From assembly GCA_963662315.1 (NCBI GenBank), contig OY759353.1, positions 2,784,001 through 2,848,000 of the forward strand: a stretch of DNA of 64,000 nt, read 5' to 3'. Shown piece after piece: positions 42,491 to 52,954 of the stretch. The notes below the pieces were generated by a model. It did not search any database. It was not told the DNA's origin and was given only the letters and a program-made list of their open reading frames with translations. The first letter of the stretch is position 1. The number at the start of each line of letters is the position of its first letter. The translations under genes and the position numbers were made by a program. The stretch comes from Geopsychrobacteraceae bacterium. Lineage in GTDB: Bacteria; Desulfobacterota; Desulfuromonadia; Desulfuromonadales; Geopsychrobacteraceae.

Positions 42491-43777
42491 TCAGTCAATA
42501 ACACCCTTACCGAGCAAGCTTTCAATTTCATTGTCACTGTAATCGAGCAGCTCACCCAAAATCCGCATGGTATCCTGACCAAGAGCGGGAGCACCACGCC
42601 AGATTTGACCCGGAGTTTCGGAAAGCTTCGGATGAATACCAAAGGCTTGAATCTCTTTACCGAGAGTCTGGTCTTCATATTTCACCCAGTCCCCCCGCTC
42701 GTGCCAATGCTGATCCTTGTAGACATCTTCAGTAGAGCGAACTACCCCCAGACCGATCTTGTTAGCTTTACAAATTTCAGAAGCTTCCTCTGCCGTATGT
42801 TCAATGAAGAATTTTTTGAACATTTCGTGCAGTTCGCGACCAAGCGGGCTCTTGATCGCATCAGGCGAGCCACCAGCCGCTTCGTAGCTATATTTTTCCG
42901 CGTCGATATTAAAAACCTTCAGTACCTTGTAATAAGCGCCAGCCCCAAAGGAACCAAGGTTCACATAACGACCGTCTTTACACTCGAACACACCGCCAGG
43001 CTGAAAGCTCGCAATATGAACGCCAAAGCGTTCTTTCATGAAGCCCAGGTTAAGCAAGGCGGTCCAGTTGTCATCAAGGACGCGCATCCAGGCTTCACCA
43101 AGAGAGGTATCAATAATTTGTCCTTTTCCGGTTTTCATGACATTGACATAAGCGGCCAGAATACCGCTAACAGCCATAAGGGCGCAGAGATAATCGCCGA
43201 CAAACTGGGTAGCATAAGTCGGTGGGCGGTCCGGATAGCCCTGCAGCAGAGCGAAGCCGGATTCAGACTGGCCGATAGGATCATAGGAAGGACGATTCAA
43301 CTCCGACTTCAACCCACCGAAACGGGGTGTTCCGAAGCCATTGATATGGCAGATGATAAGCTTGGGATTGACTTCCATAAGCATATCTTCAGTCAGGCCA
43401 AGTTTGTCGATCCAGACCATGTTCTCGATCCAGACGTCGACGTTTTTAATCAATGATAGAAAAATGTCCCTTGATTCGGGAATCTCCATATTGGTCTCAA
43501 AGCAGAAGCTCAGCTTGTTCCTGGCATTCTGGGCCCAGGCACAGCTGATTGATCTGCCATTCTCAACTATCTGCGGCTTTTGATGGCGCGCTGGATCCCC
43601 CTTCACTTTCGGGCGTTCAAGGGCAATGACCTCGGCACCAAAATCCCCCAGCATGGTTGCTGTAAAGGGCGCCGCGACGACCGTACCGTTGAGCAACACC
43701 CGCATTCCTGATAATGGTCCAAAGGTCGGTGCAAAAAGTGGAGCAGGCTTGCGTTCAATCTGTTCCCATCTGTTCAT
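42491..43777 (-). CDS. Family III (CaiB/BaiF) CoA transferase
   Basis: GPLSGMRVL, DFGAEVI, ARNKLS, GAPALGQDT. Confidence 0.93.
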   Translation of the reverse strand: MNRWEQIERKPAPLFAPTFGPLSGMRVLLNGTVVAAPFTATMLGDFGAEVIALERPKVKGDPARHQKPQIVENGRSISCAWAQNARNKLSFCFETNMEIPESRDIFLSLIKNVDVWIENMVWIDKLGLTEDMLMEVNPKLIICHINGFGTPRFGGLKSELNRPSYDPIGQSESGFALLQGYPDRPPTYATQFVGDYLCALMAVSGILAAYVNVMKTGKGQIIDTSLGEAWMRVLDDNWTALLNLGFMKERFGVHIASFQPGGVFECKDGRYVNLGSFGAGAYYKVLKVFNIDAEKYSYEAAGGSPDAIKSPLGRELHEMFKKFFIEHTAEEASEICKANKIGLGVVRSTEDVYKDQHWHERGDWVKYEDQTLGKEIQAFGIHPKLSETPGQIWRGAPALGQDTMRILGELLDYSDNEIESLLGKGVID

Positions 43778-44091
43778 GCTTTACTCCTTGGTTTGATTTG
43801 ATTGAAGTTCTCGTCAACGGCTCTGACGCAGCGATTTTCGTACGGCTGATCACTGTGGGCATACGCCATCGAACAGGGGTCTGAACATATATTTCCGGTA
43901 TAACTGCACTGCAGAACCCGCCGCCCCTGACAATGCTCAGTGCCTAGCCGCCTGCCACAACGGCGACAAAGGTCATCACGCTCAAGGTTAAACCGGCCAC
44001 ACGCCGGACATTTGTAGGGCGCCTCCTGAGATTGCCAAACGGGGTGACACTCAGAGCAACTCAGATTGCAGCCTATGCAGTGTTGACACAT
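43774..44091 (-). CDS. Small Cys-rich hypothetical protein (105 aa)
   Basis: Several CxxC pairs; ATGA overlap with the CoA transferase. Confidence 0.7.
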   Translation of the reverse strand: MCQHCIGCNLSCSECHPVWQSQEAPYKCPACGRFNLERDDLCRRCGRRLGTEHCQGRRVLQCSYTGNICSDPCSMAYAHSDQPYENRCVRAVDENFNQIKPRSKA

Positions 44092-44147
44092 TTTTGCTCT
44101 TTCTTTTGGAATCTGGTTCCCGAACACTTGCTGGTAACAGCTTATTG

Positions 44148-44163
44148 AGCAACAACCGTACCA
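44148..44163 (-). promoter_or_regulatory. Sigma54 -24/-12 promoter
   Basis: TGGTACGGTTGTTGCT (GG-N10-GC). Confidence 0.8.
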
Positions 44164-44202
44164 GGCCGTAAAGTATTGATTTAAAAGCTTATTTTTTACA
44201 GA

Positions 44203-44260
44203 TGGGACAGAATTAAAAAGAAATGGTCCAACTTGTCCCAGATTGAAGAGCATTGGGACA
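44203..44260. promoter_or_regulatory. Enhancer (UAS) candidate
   Basis: TGGGACA, TGTCCCA, TGGGACA boxes. Confidence 0.7.
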
Positions 44261-44308
44261 TTTCAGGAAGAGAAGAGTGCAAACCGCAGTGTCTGGAAGA
44301 GAAAATAG

Positions 44309-46021
44309 CTAACGATATTCGTAGTCGGGGCAACCCTGGGCAAAATTCTGACAGAAACCACGTCCGACCCGGACAGGCTCTATAGCATTTTCACCCACCC
44401 CATGGCTTCCGGCTTGTTTTCTGCGCAGATAGGCACGATCCAGTTTTTCAATGGAAGTCCTCGGCAAGGCGTTCACAAACTCATAATGGGTGGGGACCTT
44501 ATACGCAGCCAGAAACTGACGGCAATAAGCTTTGATTTCAAGATCGGTCAGGGATTCTCCGGGAATCAAAACGACATAGGCCTTAACCGTTTCTCCCCGG
44601 ACCGGGTCCGGAATCCCAACAACGCCTGCTTCCCTGATCTTTGGATGACCATTCAGAACCTGATCAACCTCACTGCAGAACACCTTGAACCCGCTGCAGA
44701 TAATCATGTCTTTCTTGCGATCAACAATGTAAACGTAACCATCTTCATCCTGATAGCCGACATCTCCCGAATACCACCAGCCAGCGCGGAAGGTGATAAA
44801 TGTTTCATAATTGTTATGCCAATATTGTCTGATAATCTGCGGCCCTTTGAAACAGAGCTCTCCAACCTCGCCCTGCTTCAGGAGGTTATCTCCGGTGGCA
44901 ATATCAACGACTTTACAATCAATATTCGGGTAAGGAATACCGACACTCCCCGGTTTGCGGAAGCGACTCGGGTTACTTGTTACGGCCATTGTGGTTTCTG
45001 TCGCCCCGTAACCTTCGATAATCGGAACCCCGGTGATTTTTTCGAACTGGATCATTTTTGCCAGAGGAATCGGAGCAGACCCGCACCCCACATGCTGAAT
45101 GTTTGCCACCTTTGAAGCTGCAAATCCCGGATGATTCAAGATCCCGACAATCTGGGCAGGAACCGCTGGCCAGACATTCGGTTCAAAACGGTTGATCGCA
45201 TTAAGAATATGCTCAATAGAAATTTCGGGAAGGATGATCATACTTCCACCAAGCAGAATATTGGCATTTATGGCCGTTTGAAACCCATGAATATGGTACA
45301 TCGGCGTCGATGACAGAACCTTATAATGATCGATATCGGTAAAGTACCCGGTCATCTGCTTCCAGCCTGAAGCGACAGTCACCAGGTTGCGATGGGTGAT
45401 ACAACACCCTTTGCTGACTCCGGTTGTCCCTCCGGTGTAAATCAGCAGCGCAATATCATCGAGAGCGATATCGATCTGGGGGTCTGCCACATCCCCCTGC
45501 GCCAGAAAAATATTAAATGAGCAGATTTTCCTGTTATCCAATATAGCAGCTTCGGCATCACCAGGAGTCACCAGCACGACATGACTGAGGCAGGTTTCTT
45601 TGCCTTGCACCAGTCCACACATCTTTTCCAGCACATCCGCCTGGCAAAAGACCGCTTTCGCACAACAGTCCCGATAGACTCCGGCCAGCTCATGAGCCGT
45701 ATACCTGGGATTAGTCAGGACCGCGATGGCACCAGCCTTGAAACAGGCGAGAGCAATCACAACAAATTCCGTCATATTCGGTAAGGCGATGGCAACGCAC
45801 TCCCCTTTTTCTAATCCAGCAGCGATCATGGCGTTGGCCAGACGTGTGGCGGCCAGGTTAATCTCCGCGTAGGAGAAGATTTCGTCGTTACAATAGATAA
45901 AAGGGCTGTCCGGCTGACGCTCAACCAGCAGACTGAATTGTCTGGAGAGGGGCAAATGTGAATAAACCGGGGATACCTCAACACCTGGATCGTAATATTT
46001 AAACCAAGGTCTTTCTGTCAT
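44309..46021 (-). CDS. Acyl-CoA synthetase (long-chain fatty acid-CoA ligase-like)
   Basis: YTGGTTGVSKG, EGYGATE, SGD, DRKKDMI. Confidence 0.93.
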   Translation of the reverse strand: MTERPWFKYYDPGVEVSPVYSHLPLSRQFSLLVERQPDSPFIYCNDEIFSYAEINLAATRLANAMIAAGLEKGECVAIALPNMTEFVVIALACFKAGAIAVLTNPRYTAHELAGVYRDCCAKAVFCQADVLEKMCGLVQGKETCLSHVVLVTPGDAEAAILDNRKICSFNIFLAQGDVADPQIDIALDDIALLIYTGGTTGVSKGCCITHRNLVTVASGWKQMTGYFTDIDHYKVLSSTPMYHIHGFQTAINANILLGGSMIILPEISIEHILNAINRFEPNVWPAVPAQIVGILNHPGFAASKVANIQHVGCGSAPIPLAKMIQFEKITGVPIIEGYGATETTMAVTSNPSRFRKPGSVGIPYPNIDCKVVDIATGDNLLKQGEVGELCFKGPQIIRQYWHNNYETFITFRAGWWYSGDVGYQDEDGYVYIVDRKKDMIICSGFKVFCSEVDQVLNGHPKIREAGVVGIPDPVRGETVKAYVVLIPGESLTDLEIKAYCRQFLAAYKVPTHYEFVNALPRTSIEKLDRAYLRRKQAGSHGVGENAIEPVRVGRGFCQNFAQGCPDYEYR

Positions 46022-46090
46022 GCCAAAACTCCCATTTGGATTCATTCACAGACTGTTTGAGAATAGGTTCCCGTCAGCATAAAAATCAGT

Positions 46091-48142
46091 TCAGATTGGG
46101 ATATCGTACTCCTTGATTTTCCGATAAATAGTCGACTTGCTGATCCCCAGGACCTTTGCCGCGGCACGGATATGATTGTTAGTATCATCAAGGGCTTTTC
46201 TGATAACCATTTTTTCAATATCCTTCATAGAGAGGTTACTGTCCTCCTGAGTTGCAGGCGCTACCACCGCTTTTTCAGGAAGAACTTTCGTCCGCCCCGT
46301 AACCGGATTGATATAGTTATTCAGAACATCCTTCGGTAAATGTTCGGGGAGCACAGGCCCGTCATCACACATGCATAGAGCGTAAGAAATAACATTCTGC
46401 AACTGGCGCACATTCCCCGGCCAATCATATTGCAGTAGAATGTATTTGGTTGCGCTGTTTAAAGCCGGTCGTTTTAACCTCTGGGACTGACAGATCTTAC
46501 TGATAAAAAATTCTGCAAGTTCAATAATCTCCGCCCCGCGTTGGCGCAGGGGTAATATTTCGACTTTGAATACCAGCAACCGGTAATAAAGGTCCTCGCG
46601 AAACTTCTTCTCTTTGACCAGCTCCGCCAAATCCCTGTTGGTCGCAGCAACCAATCTGAAATTAACCGGTATATAGCGGCTGCCACCAACCCTCATGACC
46701 AAGTGGTCTTCAAGTACACGCAGCAGAACCGCCTGCAGTTCCAGAGGCATATCCCCGATTTCGTCAAGGAACAGGGTGCCTCCGTTGGCCATCTCAATCT
46801 TGCCGGGTTTGCCTTTACGTTCAGCCCCGGTAAAAGCTCCCGCATCATAACCAAACAATTCGCTTTCGATCAGGGTTGCCGGTATCGCTGCACAGTTTAC
46901 AGCCACAAAGGGGCCATCAGATCTGCTCTGGTTATGAATCGATTGAGCATAAACTTCCTTGCCGGTTCCACTTTCCCCCTGTAGCAGGATGTTATCGTCA
47001 AAACGGCAGAACTTCTTTGCTAAGGCGATTGTCTCAACTGTCTGATCAGAAGAGCCGACGATGTGACTGAAAGAAAACCGTGCCGGTGAGCAACGGGGAG
47101 ATTTCGCAATTGTCAGACTACCCAGCTGGTCCAGCTCTTTGAGAGTCAGCACACATCCAAAACTTGGACAATCACAATCCGTAACCGGCTGCACTCCGAC
47201 CAGATTAAATTTATGATGCCCCCTGGTGATGATGACATCTGAATTGAGAACCGGTATCCCGGTCTTAAGAACCCTCTCTATCAAAGGCTGGTCACCAATG
47301 ATCTCGGCAATCTGCTTTCCTTCGAGATCCTCGTCGAGCAGGTTTTTCGCATGAGCATTAGCCGCCACAATGATCCCGCTCTGCTGGATAACAATGACAA
47401 CATCGTTGGCCGCCGCCAGTGCGCAACTGAGCAAGGCCTTTTTCTCAGATAACTGGAATTCCTTTTGAATGGCACTGGCAATCGTCATTACCAGTCCCAG
47501 AGACTGGGAACTCTGACTATGAAGATAGGCGCTGGATATGGTCAAAGTGCCCTCTAATGTTCCGCAGGCGTTAAATACCGGAGCAGTCGAGCAGGACACA
47601 TTCTTGAAGATCTGACTGAAATGCTCCGGCCCGCAGACCTGAATCGGGCTTTTAAGCAGAATACTCATGGCATGAGAGCAGGTTCCGGTCGTCTCTTCCG
47701 ACCAGATAGCACCGGGCGTCAACCAGAATTTATTCTGCCCCAGGGTATTTGCAGTGCGCAGAATCACCCCGTTTTCATCACTCAGAAAAAGGTAGCACCC
47801 CATATCAGACAGCATTTTTTCAAACTGGCACATATAGGGCTCGGCAGCCTCAAGAAAGAAGGCTTTTTCCTTGAGTAACTGCAGGAAAGCACTCTTCTCC
47901 ATCATTAGCGGATAATTATAATGGAAAGGATCAAGACCGTTTTCGAAAGACCGCATCCAGGAGGCCATAATTTCAGGACGGACGAGATTGGCCTCGGAGG
48001 GGAGCAGGGTTTTCTCCATGACCCCGATCTTTTGAGCACGGAACTGCTGCACCAGACTCTTCCCGTGATCAATATATTGCGTCGGGTCAGGGCTCATTTG
48101 ATTAGCATTTATCGGACTTAAATGATCTTCCAAATCACTCAT
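46091..48142 (-). CDS. Sigma54-dependent activator (GAF-PAS-AAA+-Fis HTH, AcoR-like)
   Basis: SWMRS, GESGTGKE, GAFTGA, WPGNVRQL, C-terminal HTH. Confidence 0.96.
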   Translation of the reverse strand: MSDLEDHLSPINANQMSPDPTQYIDHGKSLVQQFRAQKIGVMEKTLLPSEANLVRPEIMASWMRSFENGLDPFHYNYPLMMEKSAFLQLLKEKAFFLEAAEPYMCQFEKMLSDMGCYLFLSDENGVILRTANTLGQNKFWLTPGAIWSEETTGTCSHAMSILLKSPIQVCGPEHFSQIFKNVSCSTAPVFNACGTLEGTLTISSAYLHSQSSQSLGLVMTIASAIQKEFQLSEKKALLSCALAAANDVVIVIQQSGIIVAANAHAKNLLDEDLEGKQIAEIIGDQPLIERVLKTGIPVLNSDVIITRGHHKFNLVGVQPVTDCDCPSFGCVLTLKELDQLGSLTIAKSPRCSPARFSFSHIVGSSDQTVETIALAKKFCRFDDNILLQGESGTGKEVYAQSIHNQSRSDGPFVAVNCAAIPATLIESELFGYDAGAFTGAERKGKPGKIEMANGGTLFLDEIGDMPLELQAVLLRVLEDHLVMRVGGSRYIPVNFRLVAATNRDLAELVKEKKFREDLYYRLLVFKVEILPLRQRGAEIIELAEFFISKICQSQRLKRPALNSATKYILLQYDWPGNVRQLQNVISYALCMCDDGPVLPEHLPKDVLNNYINPVTGRTKVLPEKAVVAPATQEDSNLSMKDIEKMVIRKALDDTNNHIRAAAKVLGISKSTIYRKIKEYDIPI

Positions 48143-48309
48143 TCACCTGAACCTCCGTAGCATTGTTGGAACACAGGCCAAGGTCAACAGCAACTTCATG
48201 TATAGACGACTAAGGCCACTGAGGTAGTTACATTTGAATCAAAAACATGATATCGCAAAAATTATACCATTTAATAACTGCTCAATTTTCATGATCTTAA
48301 TTTACTGAC

Positions 48310-48358
48310 GGGACACTTTTCCCATAACCTGGGACACTTCCGTCCCAATCTGGGACGG
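48310..48358. promoter_or_regulatory. GGGACA-box cluster upstream of the activator gene
   Basis: GGGACA, TGGGACA and CCGTCCCA-ATC-TGGGACGG. Confidence 0.6.
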
Positions 48359-48628
48359 AAACTCATACACATTTAATCTTTCCAGCGATAACAGCCACAA
48401 ATAAAGGCTTTCCATTCTGCTTAAAATTTTACCATCCTTAACCGTAGCTTTTTTGCTTAATTTCAAAAACATTCCACCGGCCTGAAATGTTCTTTTTTTG
48501 CCCGGCCACATTGACAACCGTTTTAGTCATAATTTATATATAGACTTAGGTCACATGGTTAACTCAAGCGTTTGAGAGTATCCATTCAAGACGCTAGCCC
48601 CTAAAACATGAGGCAAAAGGACTGATGC

Positions 48629-49009
48629 ATGGCAGCAAAATTTAAACCCAGCGTTTACATGAAGGATAATTGCCCATTCTGCTTCAAGTTTATGCTTTTT
48701 CTCACAGAAATTGGCGTCCTTGACCAGTTTGTAATAATTACCGCTCACAGCAACAATGACGCAGAAATGGACAAATACCGCTCGTTTTTACGGGAAAAAA
48801 CAGGTCGTCAGGCCTCTTTCCCGACGGTTGAAATCGAACCTGGAATATTTATGGCGGAATCAGGAGATCTGATTGAATACTACGCGGATCAGTATGGCAT
48901 TGATACGTCGCAACTGGCAGCCCTGCCCTACTACATTGCCGGGCCCTTCCAAGCCCAGATTGATCTGTTTAAGGAAAATCGTGTTCTCAAAGAAAAATAC
49001 GTAGCCTGA
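48629..49009 (+). CDS. Glutaredoxin/GST N-terminal domain protein
   Basis: CPFC, FPTVE, ESGDLI. Confidence 0.85.
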   Translation: MAAKFKPSVYMKDNCPFCFKFMLFLTEIGVLDQFVIITAHSNNDAEMDKYRSFLREKTGRQASFPTVEIEPGIFMAESGDLIEYYADQYGIDTSQLAALPYYIAGPFQAQIDLFKENRVLKEKYVA

Positions 49010-49200
49010 GCAGGCAGTTATGAAGCTCCGTTCAGTTGAAAGGACAGTACAACATGAATTTACTGCTTATCACCACATTATTACTTGGCACCGGCTACAC
49101 GTATAGAGCGCTGGTCCGTGCCGCCAGGCAACAGCCTGTCTTGCTGGAGCGTGTATGTTCCCGCAGGAAATAGCATTAAACTGAATGTCTCCTCCTGATT

Positions 49201-49238
49201 CAAAAAGCCCGACAACCTGCAGGTTGTCGGGCTTTTTG
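49201..49238. terminator. Perfect 38-bp palindrome, bidirectional terminator-like
   Basis: CAAAAAGCCCGACAACCTG|CAGGTTGTCGGGCTTTTTG. Confidence 0.8.
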
Positions 49239-49283
49239 GTGAACAATCGATGCAGTTTCCACACTTTCCCATCGCAGCTCTTC

Positions 49284-49953
49284 GCCCATAAGATGCAAAG
49301 CATCTTGGGCTGCCACTTCATTCCACCTGGCAACAACAAACCGCAGGCCACAACGACTTTCGTCAGTTACCTTGACCTTTCCGGGCACTTTTGCTTCCTT
49401 TTCTTGCCCTGGAGAAAAGGAAGGCGCCGATCGGGGGCGCGACCCCGAGGCCTTGATTTTAGTTTTATAGAAAAAGTCAAAAACAACTTCGCAGGGTTTC
49501 GCCCCTGCAGGCGACTTACCTTTTGTCAAAAGCAAGCCACAAAAGGTAACCGAAAAAGGCCTGCTTCTAAATGTCCATGTTCCAGCGGCAATACTTATAA
49601 GTAAGCCACCAGCAATTGACTGCCCGGCCTGACGGCTCAAACCGCGCCTAATGGTCAGAACCGCACATGCCGTTGGCATGAAAATGAATGATATAAGCAG
49701 CTACGCCACGACAAGCCTTTGCCCATAAGATGCAAAGCATCTTGGGCTGCCGCTTCATTCCACCTGGCAACAACAAACCGCAGTCCACAACGACTTTCGT
49801 CAGTTACCTTGACCTTTCCGGGCACTTTTGCTTCCTTTTCTTGCCCAGGAGAAAAGGAAGGCGCCGGTCGGGGGCGCGACCCCGAGGTCTTGGATTTGAC
49901 TTTTATCACAAACAAGAAAAAACAACTTCGCAGGATCTCGCCCCTGCTGACGA
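49284..49953. repeat. Mosaic repeat array A(-) B(+) A(-) B(+, partial), period 437 bp
   Basis: 49284-49514 directly repeated at 49721-49953. Confidence 0.92.
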
Positions 49954-49957
49954 ATGA

Positions 49958-50416
49958 CTATTCCAACTCGAGAATATAATCCCACTCCTGCTCACTGACC
50001 GGCATAATCGACAAACGATTCCCCTTGCGCACCAGCGGCATATTTTCCAGCGCATCGTGTTCTTTCAGTTCCGTCAGCGCAATCACCCGCCGGGTATGAC
50101 GCACATATTGCACATCAACCATCATCCAGCGCGGCTTGGACGGGTCACTCTTTTCATCGAAATACTTGCTGTTCGGATCAAACGCCGTGAAATCCGGGTA
50201 GCCTTCCTTCACCACCTGCATAATGCCGACAATCCCGGGGATCTCGCAGTTGGAATGATAAAAGAACACCTGATCACCAACTTTCATATCATCACGCATC
50301 ATATTGCGAGCCTGATAATTGCGTACCCCGTCCCAGTGCTCGGTCTGATCAGGCATTTGTTCCAGGTCGTCAATACTGAAGGCATTCGGTTCCGACTTCA
50401 TCAGCCAATAATTCAT
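49958..50416 (-). CDS. EVE domain protein
   Basis: YWLMKSEP, WDGVRNYQARN, FYHS, RLSIMPV. Confidence 0.95.
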   Translation of the reverse strand: MNYWLMKSEPNAFSIDDLEQMPDQTEHWDGVRNYQARNMMRDDMKVGDQVFFYHSNCEIPGIVGIMQVVKEGYPDFTAFDPNSKYFDEKSDPSKPRWMMVDVQYVRHTRRVIALTELKEHDALENMPLVRKGNRLSIMPVSEQEWDYILELE

Positions 50417-50636
50417 TCCGGGTCTCCTTTGGCTACAACCAGAGTTTTGGATACCACCAATTTACCTGCAATGCGTGCAATTTGGCAAATACGCGGATAT
50501 TATTTCCTTCAGCTCATTTGATGCGGCACCTTCCCGCACAACTCCTTACACAAAACTAACGCTCCGCTCACAGAACAGGCAGATACTTTTCTAATTCAAA
50601 CATCAGACTTTATAGAAATAAAAGGAGCCCGGCTAT

Positions 50637-51911
50637 ATGTTCAAACACCTGATGGCAATGTCGTTACTGATCGGTCTGAGCGCCTGCTCAACAGCTCATG
50701 TTGTAAAAGTCCCGCCCCAGGGAAGCCCCCTGCCTTACAGCGTTCTCACCACCTTGGACAATGGCACCGAAGTTCGCAACGGTGGTTATGGTTCCGCCAT
50801 GACCGCCCACCCCACGGAAAAAAGTCATTTTTACGCCCTGACCGACCGTGGTCCGAACACTGACTATACCGGCAGCCAGGGGAAAGGGAAAAAATTCCCG
50901 GTTCCGGATTACACCCCGCGTATCGGCGAATTTGAAGTCAAAGCCGATGGCTCTGTTGCCCAGGTCAAAACCATCCTGTTGAAAGATCCCCAGGGACACC
51001 CAATTTCCGGTCGGCCCAACCCGGAAGGATTAGGGGCAACCGGCGAGGTTCCTTACGACAACAAGGGGAATGTCCTGACTTATGATCCCTATGGGCTCGA
51101 CAGTGAAGGCCTGGTCGCCATGAAAGACGGCAGCTTCTGGGTCAGTGACGAATATGCTCCGCACATTGTTCATTACACCGCAGACGGTGTTGAACTTGAG
51201 CGCATGAGCCCACGTGGCGTCAACACCACTGGCCGCAAGCTTCCGGCCGTTCTCAAGCGCCGTTGGCCCAACCGTGGCATGGAAGGTCTGGCCATCACTC
51301 CCGATGAAAAGACCCTGGTCGGCATCATGCAATCAACCCTCTACAACCCCAGTAAGAAAAAAACTGAAAACTTAACCCTGACCCGCATTCTGACCTTTGA
51401 TCTGGAAACCGGTGCCACTCACCAGTACCTGTACCAGCAGGAAAAAGCCAAAAACGCCAACTCGGAGATTACCGCTTTAAGCGCTACAACCTTCTTGTTG
51501 GTTGAACGTGATGGCAACTTCTCCGGGGCCAAACCGGCCCAGAAACATCTGTACAAAATTGACCTGGCCGGGGCCACCGATGTGTCAGGTGACATCACCT
51601 CCCCTGACGGAATGCTGTTGAATGGCCAAACCCTGGAACAAAGCAGCTGGAGTGACATAACCAAAGCGGGCATAGTCCCGGTAAAAAAAGAACGCGTCGC
51701 CGACCTGGTCGCCATGCTGCCCAATCATTACCCCCACGACAAACTTGAAGGTTTGTGGATAATTGATGCGCACACCGTAGCAGTGCTCAATGACGATGAC
51801 TTTGCCGTATGGCCCAAGGGGGATGAGGTCGTGCAGAAGGTCCTGCCTGGGGTGAATCAGACCGATGCGAATACATTGTATGTGCTCAAACTGGAGAAAA
51901 CACTTTATTAA
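50637..51911 (+). CDS. Lipoprotein with phytase-like esterase domain
   Basis: LSAC lipobox, TDRGPN, DSEG, SDEY, NRGMEG, NDDDF. Confidence 0.9.
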   Translation: MFKHLMAMSLLIGLSACSTAHVVKVPPQGSPLPYSVLTTLDNGTEVRNGGYGSAMTAHPTEKSHFYALTDRGPNTDYTGSQGKGKKFPVPDYTPRIGEFEVKADGSVAQVKTILLKDPQGHPISGRPNPEGLGATGEVPYDNKGNVLTYDPYGLDSEGLVAMKDGSFWVSDEYAPHIVHYTADGVELERMSPRGVNTTGRKLPAVLKRRWPNRGMEGLAITPDEKTLVGIMQSTLYNPSKKKTENLTLTRILTFDLETGATHQYLYQQEKAKNANSEITALSATTFLLVERDGNFSGAKPAQKHLYKIDLAGATDVSGDITSPDGMLLNGQTLEQSSWSDITKAGIVPVKKERVADLVAMLPNHYPHDKLEGLWIIDAHTVAVLNDDDFAVWPKGDEVVQKVLPGVNQTDANTLYVLKLEKTLY

Positions 51912-51991
51912 TAAAAAAGAAACGGTCCTTTATCTAAAAATAAACCCAATTCTCCGGGAGCAACGTCAGGTCGCTCCAGGAAAATTGGGTT

Positions 51992-52954
51992 TTATACCCT
52001 GTCCAAAGGGCTCAAAACTCCTTGCCCACCTCGATTCAGGACATGGGTGTAAATCATTGTCGTACGGATATCCGCATGACCAAGTAACTCCTGCACCGTA
52101 CGAATATCGTAGCCATCTTCCAACAGATGAGTCGCGAAACTGTGCCGTAACGAATGGCAACTCGCAGCCTTTTTAACACCAGCAGTACGAACAGCTTTTT
52201 TGATCTTACTTTGTAAGACAGTTTCATGAAGATGATGACGCCGCCATGCCTTGGAACGGGGATCTTTTGAAATTCTTTCAGCCGGAAACAGATATTGCCA
52301 CCCTTTTTCCTTGGCTGCTTGGGGATATTTTCGGGCCAACGCATTGGGTAGATATACCTCAGCATGACCGTTTTCAAGATCGTGTTGGTGCAATTGATAA
52401 ACATATTCGACCTGGCGTTTTAAAGATTCTATAACTTTTTGCGGCAGCATAGAACGCCGGTCTTTGTTACCCTTACCACTGCGAATCAATATTTGATTGT
52501 AATCAAAGTCAACGTCCTGAACGCGCAGCCGCAGACATTCCATCAAACGTAAACCAGAGCCATACAGTAAAGCTCCCATCAACCAATAAGAACCAGTTAA
52601 AACCGCCAAAAGATGAGAAACTTCTTCTCGACTCAAAACAACAGGGAGCTTTTTAGGCTTTTTAGCCCGAACGATCTGATCAAGATCATTCAATTCGATG
52701 TTCAGAACCTGCGTATAAAGGAAAACCAAGGCATTTAACGCCTGATTTTGTGTGGAAGCGGCAACATTCTTCCGTGTCGCCAAATAGGTTAGATAGGCAC
52801 TAACGTGATCAGCCCCAAGGTCTTTCGGATGACGCTTATCATGAAAAATAATAAAGCGCGTTATCCAGTCAATATAAGCCTTTTCAGTGCGCAAGCTGTA
52901 ATGACGCAAACGGATCTCATTACGCACTAAATCAAGTAAACGCGGTTGACCCAT
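51992..52954 (-). CDS. intI: Integron integrase
   Basis: YSLRTE..Y, ASTQNQAL, YGSGLR, GKGNKDR, IntI patch (RRHH), HSLRHSFATHLL, TTMIYTHV. Confidence 0.98.
   Translation of the reverse strand: MGQPRLLDLVRNEIRLRHYSLRTEKAYIDWITRFIIFHDKRHPKDLGADHVSAYLTYLATRKNVAASTQNQALNALVFLYTQVLNIELNDLDQIVRAKKPKKLPVVLSREEVSHLLAVLTGSYWLMGALLYGSGLRLMECLRLRVQDVDFDYNQILIRSGKGNKDRRSMLPQKVIESLKRQVEYVYQLHQHDLENGHAEVYLPNALARKYPQAAKEKGWQYLFPAERISKDPRSKAWRRHHLHETVLQSKIKKAVRTAGVKKAASCHSLRHSFATHLLEDGYDIRTVQELLGHADIRTTMIYTHVLNRGGQGVLSPLDRV

Noticed and set aside
42464..43456. 330 aa plus-strand ORF
   Set aside because: Antisense shadow of the CoA transferase; the same applies to long antisense ORFs over gltBD, pflB and rnf
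49070..49985. Several overlapping ORFs across the repeat array
   Set aside because: They translate the repeat units in several frames and lack an RBS or recognisable domains
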